The translations under genes were made by a program, and so were the position numbers. Below are positions 22,901 to 35,644 of a stretch of DNA of 64,000 bases, one piece after another. The stretch's first letter is position 1. Each line of letters begins with the position of its first letter. The stretch comes from Callorhinchus milii (lineage: Eukaryota), in the NCBI RefSeq assembly GCF_018977255.1, contig NW_024704743.1, forward strand, positions 6,946,001 to 7,010,000, written 5' to 3'. The notes under the pieces are model-generated. The model was given only the letters and a program-made list of their open reading frames with translations. It had not been told where the DNA came from and did not search any database.

Positions 22901-24880
22901 CCACAGCCTCACTCTCCCCCCCCCCCCACAGCCTCACTCTCCCCCCCCCCCCACAGCCTCACTCTCCCCCCCCCCCCACAGCCTCACTCTCCCCCCCCCC
23001 CCCCCACAGCCTCACTCTCCCCCCCCCCCCCCACAGCCTCACTCTCCCCCCCCCCCACAGCCTCACTCTCCCCCCCCCCCACAGCCTCACTCTCCCCCCC
23101 CCCCCCACAGCCTCACTCTCCCCCCCCCCCACAGCCTCACTCTCCCCCCCCCCCACAGCCTCACTCTCCCCCCCCCCCCCACAGCCTCACTCTCCCCCCC
23201 CCACAGCCTCACTCTCCCCCCCCCACAGCCTCACTCTCCCCCCCCCACAGCCTCACTCTCCCCCCCCCCACAGCCTCACTCTCCCCCCCCCCACAGCCTC
23301 ACTCTCCCCCCCCACAGCCTCACTCTCCCCCCCCCCCACAGCCTCATCTCCCCCCCCCCCACAGCCTCACTCTCCCCCCCCCCCCACAGCCTCACTCTCC
23401 CCCCCCCCCACAGCCTCACTCCCCCCCCCCCACAACAGCCTCACTCCCCCCCCCCCCCCACCCCCAACAGCCTCACTCCCCCCCACCCCCAACAGCCTCA
23501 CTCCCCCCACCCCCAACAGCCTCACTCCCCCCCCACCCCCAACAGCCTCACTCCCCCCCACCCCCAACAGCCTCACTCCCCCCCACCCCCAACAGCCTCA
23601 CTCCCCCCCACCCCCAACAGCCTCACTCCCCCCCACCCCCAACAGCCTCACTCCCCCACCCCACAGCCTCACTCCCCCCCACCCCCAACAGCCTCACTCC
23701 CCCCCACCCCCAACAGCCTCACTCCCCCCCCCACACAGCCTCACTCTCCCCCCCCAAAACAGCCTCACTCTCCCCCCCCCAAAACAGCCTCACTCTCCCC
23801 CCCCCAAAACAGCCTCACTCCTCCCCCCCCCCAAAACAGCCTCACTCTCCCCCCCCCCAAAACAGCCTCACTCTCCCCCCCCCAAAACAGCCTCACTCTC
23901 CCCCCCCAAACAGCCTCACTCCCCCCCCACCACAGCCTCACTCCCCCCCCCACAGCCTCACTCCCCCCCCCACAGCCTCACTCCCCCCCCCCCCCCCCCC
24001 CCCACAGCCTCACTCCCCCCCCCCACAGCCTCACTCCCCCCCCCCCACAGCCTCACTCCCCCCCCCCACAGCCTCACTCTCCCCCCCCCACAGCCTCACT
24101 CTCCCCCCCCACAGCCTCACTCTCCCCCCCCCACAGCCTCACTCTCCCCCCCCACAGCCTCACTCTCCCCCCCCCACAGCCTCACTCTCCCCCCCACAGC
24201 CTCACTCTCCCCCCCCACAGCCTCACTCTCCCCCCCCCACAGCCTCACTCTCCCCCCCCACAGCCTCACTCTCCCCCCCCCACAGCCTCACTCCCCCCCC
24301 CCCACAGCCTCACTCCCCCCCACCCCAAACAGCCTCACTCCCCCCACCCCAAACAGCCTCACTCCCCCCCACCCCAAACAGCCTCACTCCCCCCCACCCC
24401 AAACAGCCTCACTCCCCCCACCCCAAACAGCCTCACTCCCCCCCCCAACAGCCTCACTCCCCCCCCACAGCCTCACTCCCCCCCCCCCACACAGCCTCAC
24501 TCCCCCCCCCACAGCCTCACTCCCCCCCCACAGCCTCACTCCCCCCCCCACAGCCTCACTCCCCCCCCCCACAGCCTCACTCCCCCCCCACAGCCTCACT
24601 CCCCCCCCACAGCCTCACTCCCCCCCCACAGCCTCACTCTCCCCCCCCCACAGCCTCACTCCCCCCCCCACAGCCTCACTCTCCCCCCCACAGCCTCACT
24701 CCCCCCCCCACAGCCTCACTCCCCCCCCACAGCCTCACTCTCCCCCCCCACAGCCTCACTCCCCCCCACAGCCTCACTCCCCCCCCAACAGCCTCACTCC
24801 CCCCCAACAGCCTCACTCCCCCCCCAACAGCCTCACTCCCAAACAGCCTCACTCCCCCCTCAAAAAAACAGCCTCACTCA
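19988..24880. repeat. C-rich minisatellite (VNTR) of about 4.9 kb; core ACAGCCT(C/G)ACT(CT)Cn(A)n, unit about 20-33 nt
   Basis: Uninterrupted head-to-tail copies of ACAGCCTCACTC followed by poly-C of variable length. Confidence 0.98.
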
Positions 24881-24907
24881 CCTCGAAAAGCAGCCACTCA
24901 CTCACTC

Positions 24908-25060
24908 CCCCCCCGCCCAGCCATCCCACACAGGCCTCCCCCCGCCAGCCTCCCCACAGGCTCCCCCCCCGCCAGCCATCCCCACAGGCCCTCCCCCCCC
25001 GCCCAGCCATCCCCACAGGCCTTCCCCCCCCGCCCAGCCATCCCCACAGGCCCTCCCCCC
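24908..25060. repeat. Short minisatellite Cn-GCCCAGCCATCCCCACAGGC, about 5 copies
   Basis: Visible tandem copies between the large VNTR and the WAC promoter. Confidence 0.85.
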
Positions 25061-25595
25061 ACCAAAAGAAAACCAGACAGACAGAGGCAAAGACACACGT
25101 CACAACTGCCCCCTCCACACAAAGCCGCATCGCCACCACAGCCTTTGATCCTCCTGTCACGTCACACGCCCCTCCCCCCCTCCCTCCCGCCTGCCCCTGT
25201 GTGACGCGGCTGGAGGGGGGGGGAGGGCTGAGCGGAGCGGAAAGAGCCGAGTGTCGGCTCTTTCTCTCTGTGTGTGTGTGTGTGCGTGTGCGCGCGCGGC
25301 GGGGGGGGGGTTTCTCCACCTTCCGGAAATAGCCGAGCTGGGGCGGGAGGGGAGGTCGGGCGGGCGCCGCTGGTGCCGATCGCTGACGCGTTACCCGTAT
25401 GTAGTATGGGCCTCGTCCTCTCCATTGCTGGTTTGTGTGTGTGTGAGATGGATCCCCAGAGTTGGTGATACAGCCGCTCGGCCGTTCAGACAAAAACCCC
25501 AGGGCGGCCCCCGCTTTTATTTCTGCCCCCTCCGCCGACAAAAAAAACACAGACAATTTACGTTTTGATCCACTCCCACCATACAAACAGCATTG

Positions 25596-25636
25596 ATGGT
25601 AATGTATGCAAGGAAACAACCGAGACTCAATGATGG
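25596..25636 (+). CDS. WAC: WAC coding exon 1 (MVMYARKQPRLNDG)
   Basis: ATG at 25596. The translation matches the WAC N-terminus as I recall it (human MVMYARKQQRLSDG). Donor GG|gtaaaa, phase 2, 41 nt. Confidence 0.96.
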
Positions 25637-26138
25637 GTAAAATATCCCGATTTTTTTTTCTCTCTCTCTCTTGTTATTCTTCAAACCTCTCCCCTCCTCT
25701 CTCTTTCTCTCCTCTCGCTCTCTCTCTCGCTCTGTCTGTCTCTCGAATTTCCCTTCTCTTCGGAACAAATCCGCCATTTTTGTTGTAGAAAGAATCCCTC
25801 CTCCTCCTCCTCCCAACAGAAGTAGAAACTTGAGGAAGCGATTTCCAACCCCTTTTCCTCCTCCTCTTCCTCCGGGCGACCGTTTTACTCTCCTCCGGAG
25901 GATTTTTTTTTGAAAAAACGCCTGCTAGAGACATACTGTAGTTAGATATAAAAAAGTTTTCTCTTCCTCCTTCTCCTCCACCTTCCTCCCCCCCCTCCCC
26001 CTCTCTCTCTCCCCCTCCCTCCTCTCTCTCACTCGCTCTCTCGCTCTCTCTCTCGTCGCACGACGTCGATGTGTGTGTGTTTTTTTTCTCGATTTGTTCT
26101 TAAAACCGAGTTTTTTGTTGTTGTTGTTGTTGTTGCAG

Positions 26139-26172
26139 GTGTCACGACAGGAGGGAATCCCAGCCCTATCAG
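26139..26172 (+). CDS. WAC: WAC coding exon 2 (CHDRRESQPYQ)
   Basis: (ttg)n tract plus cag acceptor; donor CAG|gtaaag. Phase 2 to 0. Resembles human CHDRRGDSQPYQ. Confidence 0.95.
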
Positions 26173-27052
26173 GTAAAGTGTGTGTGGTGTGTGTTTTAAA
26201 AAAAAATATCTCTGTCTCTCTCAAAGCGGACACACCGTGTACTTTACCAAAGGCTTGTGCGTCTCCAGTAGGCCGCACTCGGCACTCAACAGCACAACAG
26301 GATCCGGGGAGGGGGGGAGGGAGGGAGGGAGGGAGGGAAGGGGGGGGCGGGGGGTGGAAGATGGCAAGAAACTCGTTTGGATAAGAAAATAATCATTCGC
26401 GATTCGATCGGGAACGCGTTTTATTCCGAACGCTCTCTCTCTCTCTCTCTCTCTCCCTCTTCCTCTCTTGTCAGTCCCGTTACGCTTTGCCGCTCCCGTT
26501 TATTTTGACGATAGTTTTGTGTCAAAATGTATAAATCCTGTTTGACATTTTCCAGGGGCCTACCGACCGCGCTGGGCCACATTATCCCCCGAAACGGTGG
26601 GGTTTGACGAGACTCCACGACTCGTTGTTTTTAAAAGTGACAAAACGAGTTTTGCTGGTTTTGATTATGATTTATTTCAATAAAAATTGCGCGGTGTTGG
26701 GTATGGACAGAGACTTCCAAACATACCTTGTATCCCATTTCTTCTGGAGTCCAGTATTAATTCGCTGACTTCACTTATCAACCACAGCAATGTTAATCAT
26801 TCTCCTCATAGATAGTCTTATCAGACAACTTGTGTTGGGGTTGTTTGTAAGATTAATTCAATCCGCAGTACAAAAATACAGAAATTATGATTTCATAGCT
26901 TATTTTGTTTAAGTGAACCCCACCTTCCCTTAACTGTTTGGGCAGCACATGATATGTATAATAATAATCCTTGCATTTGATGAAAGCTCCACGCTAATTA
27001 GTTTTTTTTCCAGCTTATTGACAAACATAATGGAATAATATTTTTATTTCAG

Positions 27053-27248
27053 ACACTTAAATACCCGTCCAAGAGTCACACCAGCAGCAGTGAACACCGT
27101 CATGACAAGACGAGAGAATCTGGAGATCCGTCGCCACCCTGCAAAATGCTGCGACGTTCAAACAGCCCTGAAAATAAACATAGTGATAGTACAGGACATA
27201 GCAAGAGTAAAAGTGTGCACGCACATCGAGCCAGAGAGCGAGATGGAG
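27053..27248 (+). CDS. WAC: WAC coding exon 3 (TLKYPSKSH...RARERDG)
   Basis: Acceptor tttttatttcag; 196 nt open frame ([29 protein letters not shown]); donor GAG|gtactg, phase 1. Confidence 0.96.
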
Positions 27249-27839
27249 GTACTGTATGTTGTGTAGACAGTTTGTCTGTTGTTATAAGTTAGTTTTATGT
27301 AAGTTGTTACTTTATGTTAGGAATGTCTTGGGGAAGTGGCAGCAAATTAAGTGGAATTTTGTGCAATACTTCATAAACTCCAATCTTTATGAATTTGCCA
27401 AATATTCAGGCAATTGTGACAGCTGGTAGATTAGCTGCTAAATTTGCCAGTTTAGGAACCTTCTGTCTTGGGGGTATATAGTAGAAAAAGGCTAGTTTAT
27501 TTTTGTAGCATGATTAACTTTGAAATATGAGAGAATTGATTTTAAAAAAACATTTAAAAACAAATTTACCAATAATATGGTCTATACTTAGTTGGATAAG
27601 AAAGGGTGGATGATGGTCAAATTTAGACTTATAATGGGGCATGATTGCTGGTTAGTGCTTCCACATAACATCACCAATAATGTGACTGAGAATGTTGATA
27701 TGTCCAAAGCAGGGCTGATTTCCCATGCTTAAAAAAAAGCCAACACGTTACTGCTGCGTTCACTTCCAGAGCGTGTGCAATGTGCAGGAAGTGACCAGCT
27801 ACTGGTCCACTTGTGACCAGTGTTATAATGAAACGTTCT

Positions 27840-28915
27840 CTACTTCATGAGCTCATCATCGCAGGGCTCAACTGGCTCCCCATTCCCTTGATTAAATTCC
27901 CTAGATTCTCTTCCTCACATTCGAATACCTCCATGGCCTCACCCCACTTTGTGTCTGTGATCTCCTGCAATCCAACTGCTCTATTCGTGTCCACTGCTCA
28001 GCAAACGCCAGCCTGCTTTACGTCCCATGTCCACTCAGCGCCACTATCATTGGCTGAGTTTGCAGTCGTCCTTCGGAACTCATATCCTTCCCCCCTAGCC
28101 TTCTCTGCTCTGATTTCAATCGTGCTTTCATGCCATTTTTACTTTCGCCTTCTCAGATTTACCTCTCTCTCTCTCTCCCCCCACCCCCTCCACTTGTACT
28201 CCCGGTCAGCTGTACAAAGTGCTTTGGCTTTGAGATGATCTCCCAACATGAAGGAAGACAACAACAACTTGCACATCGAGAGCATCCTCCGTGTCGAATG
28301 GCGCATTGGAGTGCTTTACAGTGCTGGAGTTGTTGCTGAATGGGGGTGGTGGGGGGAGAGAAGTGACCATCGGCAAAGTCAAAGAGAGGTTTTTAAGGCA
28401 GGACAAGAAGACAGACAGAAAGCGCGAGATGGAGAGGTTAAAGATTAAGAGAAGGAGTTTCAGAAGTTACGAGTGTAAAATTGGAAACTTTCGGCACTGA
28501 TGATGATGCTGGTAGGGCAGCTGGTAGGGTAGGTTATGCAGTAAACCAAGCAGGGGAGTGGGATAGGAGGAGATTGGAGAGATAGTGAGGTGGTAGGGCG
28601 TGAAAGGATTTATGGGTGAGGGTTAGGAACTTTAAATCAATCCGCTGAATGATAGGGAGCGAGGAGCCTGTTGATGATTCGGGTATTCGGGTACTGTAGA
28701 TATGAAAGTTGGTGCGTAAGAATGTGGGTGGCGGAGTTCCGGAGGAGTTGCCATTTATCGTTGGTGGAGCTAAGAACACCAGCACGGAGTGCATTTGAAA
28801 CATCCAGCAAGGAGGTGACCAAAACATGGATGAATATTTCAGGGGCAATTAAATTGTGGTAGGGCTGCAGGTGGTTGATATTTGGAAGTGAAGAAAAGCA
28901 GTTTTGGATTTTATA
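27840..28915. mobile_element. Degenerate L2 fragments (+ at 27840-28230, - at 28255-28915)
   Basis: LNWLPI and LPIIQRIDLKFLTLTHKS remnants; L2-type tails. Confidence 0.7.
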
Positions 28916-29663
28916 GACTCATTGGGTTCAATTAGGCCAGCTTGCTAGTCTCTGGTCCACAATTTAAATCTGCTGGATTTACACAAACTCATAAAAGGAA
29001 TGACTTGTCCCTTTTCGCTTAATGTCTTCACTGCATTTAATAGTAAAAAAAACCTTGTAATTGATATAGCATCTTATCACATCTGAAAGCACTTCACAGG
29101 ATACACTGTAAAGCGGTGTGACTGTATTTTATGGGCATCTAAAGCTGTCCTCAACTTGGTTTCCACACCGCCTCTGAAAAGTACATCCTGAATATAACTT
29201 GTTGGCATCTTCCTTCAGATTTGCTGCTCTTCCTTGAGCTTATATCCAGTTTGTTACGGGCTGTTTCCCACTGCGGTTATATTTTGTTGCTTAGCTTGTC
29301 AGAATATTTATGTTGCCACATTCTTTAACAGAAAGATTCAGTAATGAAAGCTTCACAACATCTTTGCATCAAAGTCTTAAGTTTGTTGTTAAGTTTTGTG
29401 CTGTTCCAGGTTTTAATTTTTTTTTCCTTCCACATTGATCTAATTGTAACTTTCAGCAGCTTTATGATCTAATTATATATAATATGTATACTTATAGGGC
29501 CCAACCCTCAGCTCGCGTCCAAATCCCTGACTGTCCAGCACCTTGGGCCGTCCTCCCTAGGTGAAAGGTGCTATACAAATGTAATTTGTTGTTGTTTGAC
29601 GTTGAGAGTTTAAACAAAAAAATTGCATATCTAAAATATAATAATTTGTTTTGTCTGTTTCAG

Positions 29664-29773
29664 GGACCAGCTATTCTCCACAGGACAATTCACATAATAA
29701 CAGTACCCACCACAGCTCAAATTCACATCATTCTTCTAATCCTAGTAACAATCCAAGTAAAACTTCAGATGCA
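29664..29773 (+). CDS. WAC: WAC coding exon 4 ([11 protein letters not shown]...PSKTSDA)
   Basis: Acceptor tgtttcag; donor GCA|gtaagt; 110 nt, phase 1 to 0; lies in ORF 29651..29851. Confidence 0.96.
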
Positions 29774-31824
29774 GTAAGTGTTTGTTTTTCAATTCCTTCC
29801 AATATCATTTATGATTATACAAGTTTCCAATGTAAATTATTTGCAAAATAATGTTTAGTGATTTAATTTCTGTACACTGCTATATTTTGAGTCAAAGCTC
29901 TAATATTCCTTGCTTGTTGCATTTATCAATTTAATAAATGTAACATACAGCTCTAATTTATGCAGAATTTTCCTGTTTGAAATATTGAATTGATAACGTA
30001 TTGATAGAAATAGCCTTACATATAATAATAATCATCCTTGCATTTTGTTGAACAATTCCTGAATTATTAGGAAATAAACTGCAGATTTTTAAAAAAATAT
30101 GCTTCATTGGGGAAATCTTAGATGTCATATGCAGAAATTAGTTTCTAACATGCAGAAATTAGTTTTACATAATTTCTTATGAATGTGGAATGTGTAGTAC
30201 TGGATAATTCTTTTTATTTGATGTAGTGCCTTTTATGTTGAGAAGATGTTTCAAAGCACTGCACAGGAAATAATGATAATCAAATTACATTTGATGTAGA
30301 GCTTGATGTCATTGAGGGGATTTTACTGTAAAGTGTAGTGACACTGTATTATGTAGGCGAATGCAGCAGCCAATTTGCGCACATTAGTGTCCCATGAACA
30401 TCCATGAGATGAATGAACAACTTAATGGATTTTTGCCAATGCACTGCATATTCCCAATCCCAGGACATTGGGAACATGCAGTGCTTTGGCATATATGCTT
30501 GTCATATTTGTTCTCCACAGACTTTCTGATTTGTACCAAGAGTTTGGAAAACCTTTTGTTACAGGCAGGGAAAATTTAAATCGGTTGCTCCAAACCAAAT
30601 ACAAGAACCTTCTAATATTGCAATATATTGTACCATCTCTGGAATAGGTTCACATTCAGGTCCTATAATTCAGGGAGTGGGACAGGCAGGGAGACCTTTT
30701 AAGGAGTTTTTTTTTATATATTTGAAACTGGGGTGAGGATTATAATGGCACTTAGGTTGTGTGGAGATTGGCAGTGAATGTTTTCATCAAATCTTTGGCT
30801 TATTTTCCCCCCCTTCTGTCAACTCTCCTGTAGGCATTGCCTTTTGCCCAGGTAAGGATATAGGGTTGTTGACTAGTCTCTCATCATCTCACTTGCAAGG
30901 CAATTCATGTGTGAGACCAGGCAGTGAGTGATTGCAGGCTATTCACACATGGGAAAATTATAGCTGATCCTGTTTCACTCATACCTTTGAGAGGTGGGAA
31001 TCCTGCTTTTAATTTTTTTCCATTTCTTTGCCAAAAGGCATTGAGGCCAATTTACATCCCCATTATCACCATGTCTGTTATTCTTTCCCTCAGCATAGTC
31101 TGTAATATAAAATGGGACTCGTTTCCTGTGTGCCTGAGATTCACTTCGACAGTCAACTTACCAAATAGGCTCTATGATGAATTCTGCATTTTTTTTGCAA
31201 ATAGCATTATGTGCTTTAATTTATATGGAGAAAAGCTCTCAGCAGTAAATTGTTTTTGTGTTAACTGCTCTTAATAATAGTATTTCACTTATTTCTTCAG
31301 ATTGTTTTCAAGTTAAACCGTACATGCCATTCCACCACATGTTATAGACTTTAATCAAGTTTGAATCTTTTTATACATTTTTTGAACTGTCTTAGATATG
31401 TTTCAGAACAATAGTTTATGGGAAACCAACCACTTGTGGCCTAAATAAAGCTTGTGATACTCATAATTGCAATTGTTGGTACTGATTGGTTAATCATTAT
31501 TCCCTGGCGTTTATCCGTGAACAGTCGTCTGCTACAAAATGTGTTTTGGCAATGAGAAATGAGGTGCAGGCAAACATGCAATAAAGGGATGGCTATCACT
31601 CAGTTCCATAAAAATATTTAAAATGATACATTTGCGGCCTTCACCCAGGATAGCATTTCAGAGCGTTGCAATTTTAGCAACTTTGAAAGTTGTTTGATTT
31701 TTGTTTATGACAAGTAAATAAAACAATTGTTTCTAAGCATAGAATTGCTGTTTGTAATTGATGGTATTTCAAATATGAAGAGATTAATTTTCTGTCTTGT
31801 GTTTAATTCTTTGTCATAATGCAG

Positions 31825-31940
31825 CCTTATGAACCAGCCGATGACTGGTCAGAGCACATCAGCTCTTCAGGCAAAAAATACTACTACAACTGCAGGACAG
31901 AAGTTTCTCAGTGGGAGAAACCCAAAGAGTGGATTGAAAG
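31825..31940 (+). CDS. WAC: WAC coding exon 5, WW domain ([38 protein letters not shown])
   Basis: WW signature W...YYYN...QWEKP; acceptor atgcag; donor AAG|gtgcat; 116 nt. Confidence 0.98.
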
Positions 31941-32031
31941 GTGCATGTTTATTTTGTTCAAAACTTTTGGTCTTACCAACTTGTTGTGCTCTTTAAGTTG
32001 GTTACAATGTAAGGCTTTTTTGTTTGCACAG

Positions 32032-32147
32032 AGAACAGAGGCAAAAAGAAGCAAGTAAAGTTGGAGTTGTTAACAGCTTCCCGAGAGATCGAGATTACAG
32101 GAGGGAAACTTTGCAAGCAACTGCTACCAGTGGGTTTACAAGTGGAA
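32032..32147 (+). CDS. WAC: WAC coding exon 6 (EQRQKEASK...ATSGFTSG)
   Basis: Follows a 91-nt intron. Acceptor tttgcacag; donor GAA|gtaagt; [12 protein letters not shown] motif; 116 nt, phase 2 to 1. Confidence 0.96.
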
Positions 32148-33547
32148 GTAAGTAATGAGACTTTTAATAAGATGTAACTGTCGAGCTCAATTTCCTTCAC
32201 AGGATTCAAAATACGCATGCTTTGTGTTGGACAGTGCACAAAGTTATATTTTGTTATTTTTAATGCAGAATATGAAAATAGAATTGAAAAGGTATTCAGA
32301 ACAACAAAATAAACTGACATAGTGCTGTTTGTATACATTTTGGTGCATTAATTCGGTTGTATTCCCTTAGGTTTGTAAAATGGTTTGTACGGTACTGAAA
32401 AATAGTAATGTTTCCTTGCTGGTTTGAGAAATGTATAGCAACTTGATCACTCTTGAGTTTCAGTGAAGTGTTCTGTTTTTTATTGTGAACAGTTGAAAGA
32501 AACAGTTAGAAATAATGCGCAAACTAGGTTTTATACTCTGATTTCATCTGAAGTATATTTATAGTCCCTGTTCCGTGTGTATGCATGTGTTGCTTAGCTT
32601 AGGAAACTGAAGATCCTGAATCTTCAGCTAATGCACGGTTTAGAGGGAATCTTTTTTGCACTGCCTCCACCATTTGCAATTAAGGATTTTGATATCTGGC
32701 AAAGAGCAAACCGATTTTGTTTTCTGATGTCCAGTTCATTATAGAAGGTTGGGTTTCACTCAGAATTGAATTTTCCTAGTATTGACGTATTGTTGCCAAA
32801 CTAGATTGTGTTTTGAATATCAACGGATTACATTTTGACACTTGTACTTGCCAGTGTCATTATGTTAAGATTCACATTACTGTTTACAGCAGTGATGGCC
32901 AACCAAATAATTTACTTGTTTGAATATTTCTGGCCACACCATTAACATCGCCACTCAGTAGCTACTGGAAACAAAACATTGATTCAAACTAGACTCGCCT
33001 GGATTTGTGCGAAGGTTTGGTGGGCCATGGATTGGTTACCGCTGGTTTATAGCATCTTTACTTTAATAACAGTTACTATTGGTTTGAAATAGTTGTAAAT
33101 TTTGCCGAGTGGAAAACAAAAGTGGGGATAAATGGATGGTATCACAATAACAACCCCACAAGATACAAGGTCTAATGTAGTGCCCAATTTTCTTGGTCGA
33201 CCAACAAAATAAATTTTCTTAATTGAATCTTCCTTGATTTATGTCATAAATCAAGAAATATTCAATCAAAAAAAAACTTGAGAACACACTACCGATCAAA
33301 CATGGACTTACCTAGACTAGTGCGAATGTTCGGGGGGCTGCTTCTTGAAGGCCCAGCGGGCCTGCTGACCAGCACTGGTCTAATGTATCCTGAGTAGGTG
33401 TTTTGATTTTTTTTGATATTAGAACATTGGTTATAAACATTAAGGGTACTATGTTGATAAATAAGCCAAAGGTGCTCTAATTATTATTCTAATTTCAACG
33501 TTTCCCCCTTTATTTTTTGCCACATTTCCTTTGTGAATCATAAGAAG

Positions 33548-33856
33548 TGGAAGACAAGCATTCCAGCGATGCCGGTAGTATGCTCTCCCAGAATATTTTG
33601 TCCCAGACAAACAGACACAATGACAGAGACTACAGACTGCCCAGAACAGAGACACACGGTGGAGCTGCCACAGTGCAGCATCCCATCAAACCAGTGGTTC
33701 TCCCAGCTACAAACCCGAGTACTGTTCCTTCTAGCCCTTTTAGTCTACAGCCTGAGCATCAGCCAAAGAAACCCCTTGATGCTAATGGAGCAGCTACCCT
33801 ACCGAAACTGCCTACACCCTCACCTTCCACCCCCATTCAGAAGACTGAGAAGAAAG
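33548..33856 (+). CDS. WAC: WAC coding exon 7 ([10 protein letters not shown]...IQKTEKK)
   Basis: 309-nt symmetric phase 1-1 exon in ORF 33547..33885 ([24 protein letters not shown]). Acceptor taagaag; donor AAG|gtacgt. Confidence 0.95.
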
Positions 33857-35644
33857 GTACGTATGTTGGGGTATATTTGACTTGAGCTCCTGCACGTTTT
33901 TAGTCCGTTAGTGACACTAAAGCTCAATATTAAACTGTGTGAATGTTCCCGTATTAAAATCTAAATAGCAATAGAAATAATTTGAGTTGTAGTGTTTAGA
34001 CTAATAACCCGTACCATGGCTGCTTGGACTTTGATTTGTAGTTAATTTCTAAAATACTAATTTAGGTTCTGTTCATCTATCAGTGAAATTATAATAATAA
34101 TCCTTGCATTTGATATAGCGCCTTATCACGTCTATGAGACATCTCAAAGCGCTTCACAGAATGTACTATAAAGTGAATTGACTGTATTTTTTGTGGGTGA
34201 AACGCAGCAGCCAATTGCGCACCGCAGTATGTTACGAAGAGTGCAATAGGTCATGGTGAATTTGTTAAACTGAATGAAGCTTTCATTCTAACGGTGTGAA
34301 GAGGAGTGGTTTAAGGTTACGTATACATCAGCAAGCTGGTCACTTCTTGGTTTTACAACTAAAACCAGGTTTTGATTATTTAGTGGCTTGTTTCTATGGC
34401 AAATGATTTCTTGGACTGGGAATGTGCTTGCTACAGCTTTATTGTTAAAGCATCCCTAACATTTAGTGGAATACTGTATATGAACTAAAAATTAAGCTGA
34501 TTTGAAATTAGTGCAAGTTAATCTGCATGTTTTCCCTCTTAGGTCTTAAAAGGTTATAACCGATTTAGGACAGTGTCTGCCCTATTTTTACAGCAGGAAC
34601 TGATCTAAATTATTATGGGAATCTTGAATTGAGATTCTTTGTGGCCATTCCTGTGGTAAAGGTGCATGGTGAACTTGTATAAATTGGGAAAATCAGCAAG
34701 GTGGTTAAATTCTGTATTAATACTGTATGTGTAACAGTTAGAAAAAATGTACATCATCCCAAATAGTGTTTGCAGCATCTGTAAAAGCATTTGTTGCTTA
34801 ACTTTCATAGTAGGTTAATTGTATGAGAACTATTTACTGAATCCATTTAGTTTTTTGAATATGTTTTTTTTCAAGGTGGACATTAGCTGAAATCTAACTT
34901 TTGGAAGAATTAATGTATGGGGCAAATACTTAGTCAGAATTACCCTTTTCTTCATGCCAAAATCCTATTATTGGAGGTCCTTATCTGGCAAAAACTCAAG
35001 TAAGAAGCATGTCCTCTTCATAGAATCATAGAAATTTGCAGCACAGAAGAAGCCCATCGAGTCCGCACCAACTCTGAGCAAGGTGTTCATTCAATCCATG
35101 AATCATAGAATTATTCACCCAATCATTAATTTACTGGTAACTTAATTGTATGTAGTTGACAATAGGCATAGAAAGCATCTGCATGGGCTTGAGAACTAAA
35201 TGTTGTGAAATAGGTATGCTGTACTGCGTCTTATAATTTTTATATTCCCTCATGTTTATATTGTGAATTGTGGGAAAATTCCCTCAACTTTATGAATTGT
35301 AAGACTATTCTCCCAATTACAGGCGTAACTTGACATAAGACTCTTGAATATTTACACTGCAGCTTGTTCTCTGAACCCCTTGATTGGCTTACTAATTGTA
35401 ATTTACTACGGCATTGGTCCTCTGCTTCAGTGCCTGTGTTGCCTCAAGGTACTGGTGCATTCAGTATAGTCCACATTTGATACAACAATGTGAAGAATTT
35501 TAAGACTGGAATCGAAAGCTCACTACAAAAATATAGTTCTGTTGAAGAATGGTTGATTTTGTTCCTTTTTTTAAATCTGGAAATACTGAAGAAGCATGCC
35601 CTATTTTTTTTTATTGCGTATTTGTCTCCACAATTTTATTTTTC

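Larger units (their letters stand above)
24900..26620 (+). promoter_or_regulatory. CpG-island promoter and 5' region of WAC
   Basis: High CpG density around exons 1-2. CRE-like CACGTCAC/TGACG sites near 25097, 25158, 25202 and 25384; GC-rich boxes; YY1 consensus CCGCCATTTT at 25771-25780. Confidence 0.85.

Noticed and set aside
20022..24599. Gly/Trp-rich minus-strand ORFs across the VNTR
   Set aside because: Stop-poor repeat translations with no frame preservation between units.
19988..24880. Repeat-spacer pattern resembling a CRISPR array
   Set aside because: The spacers are poly-C runs, not unique sequences; the context is vertebrate and there are no cas genes.
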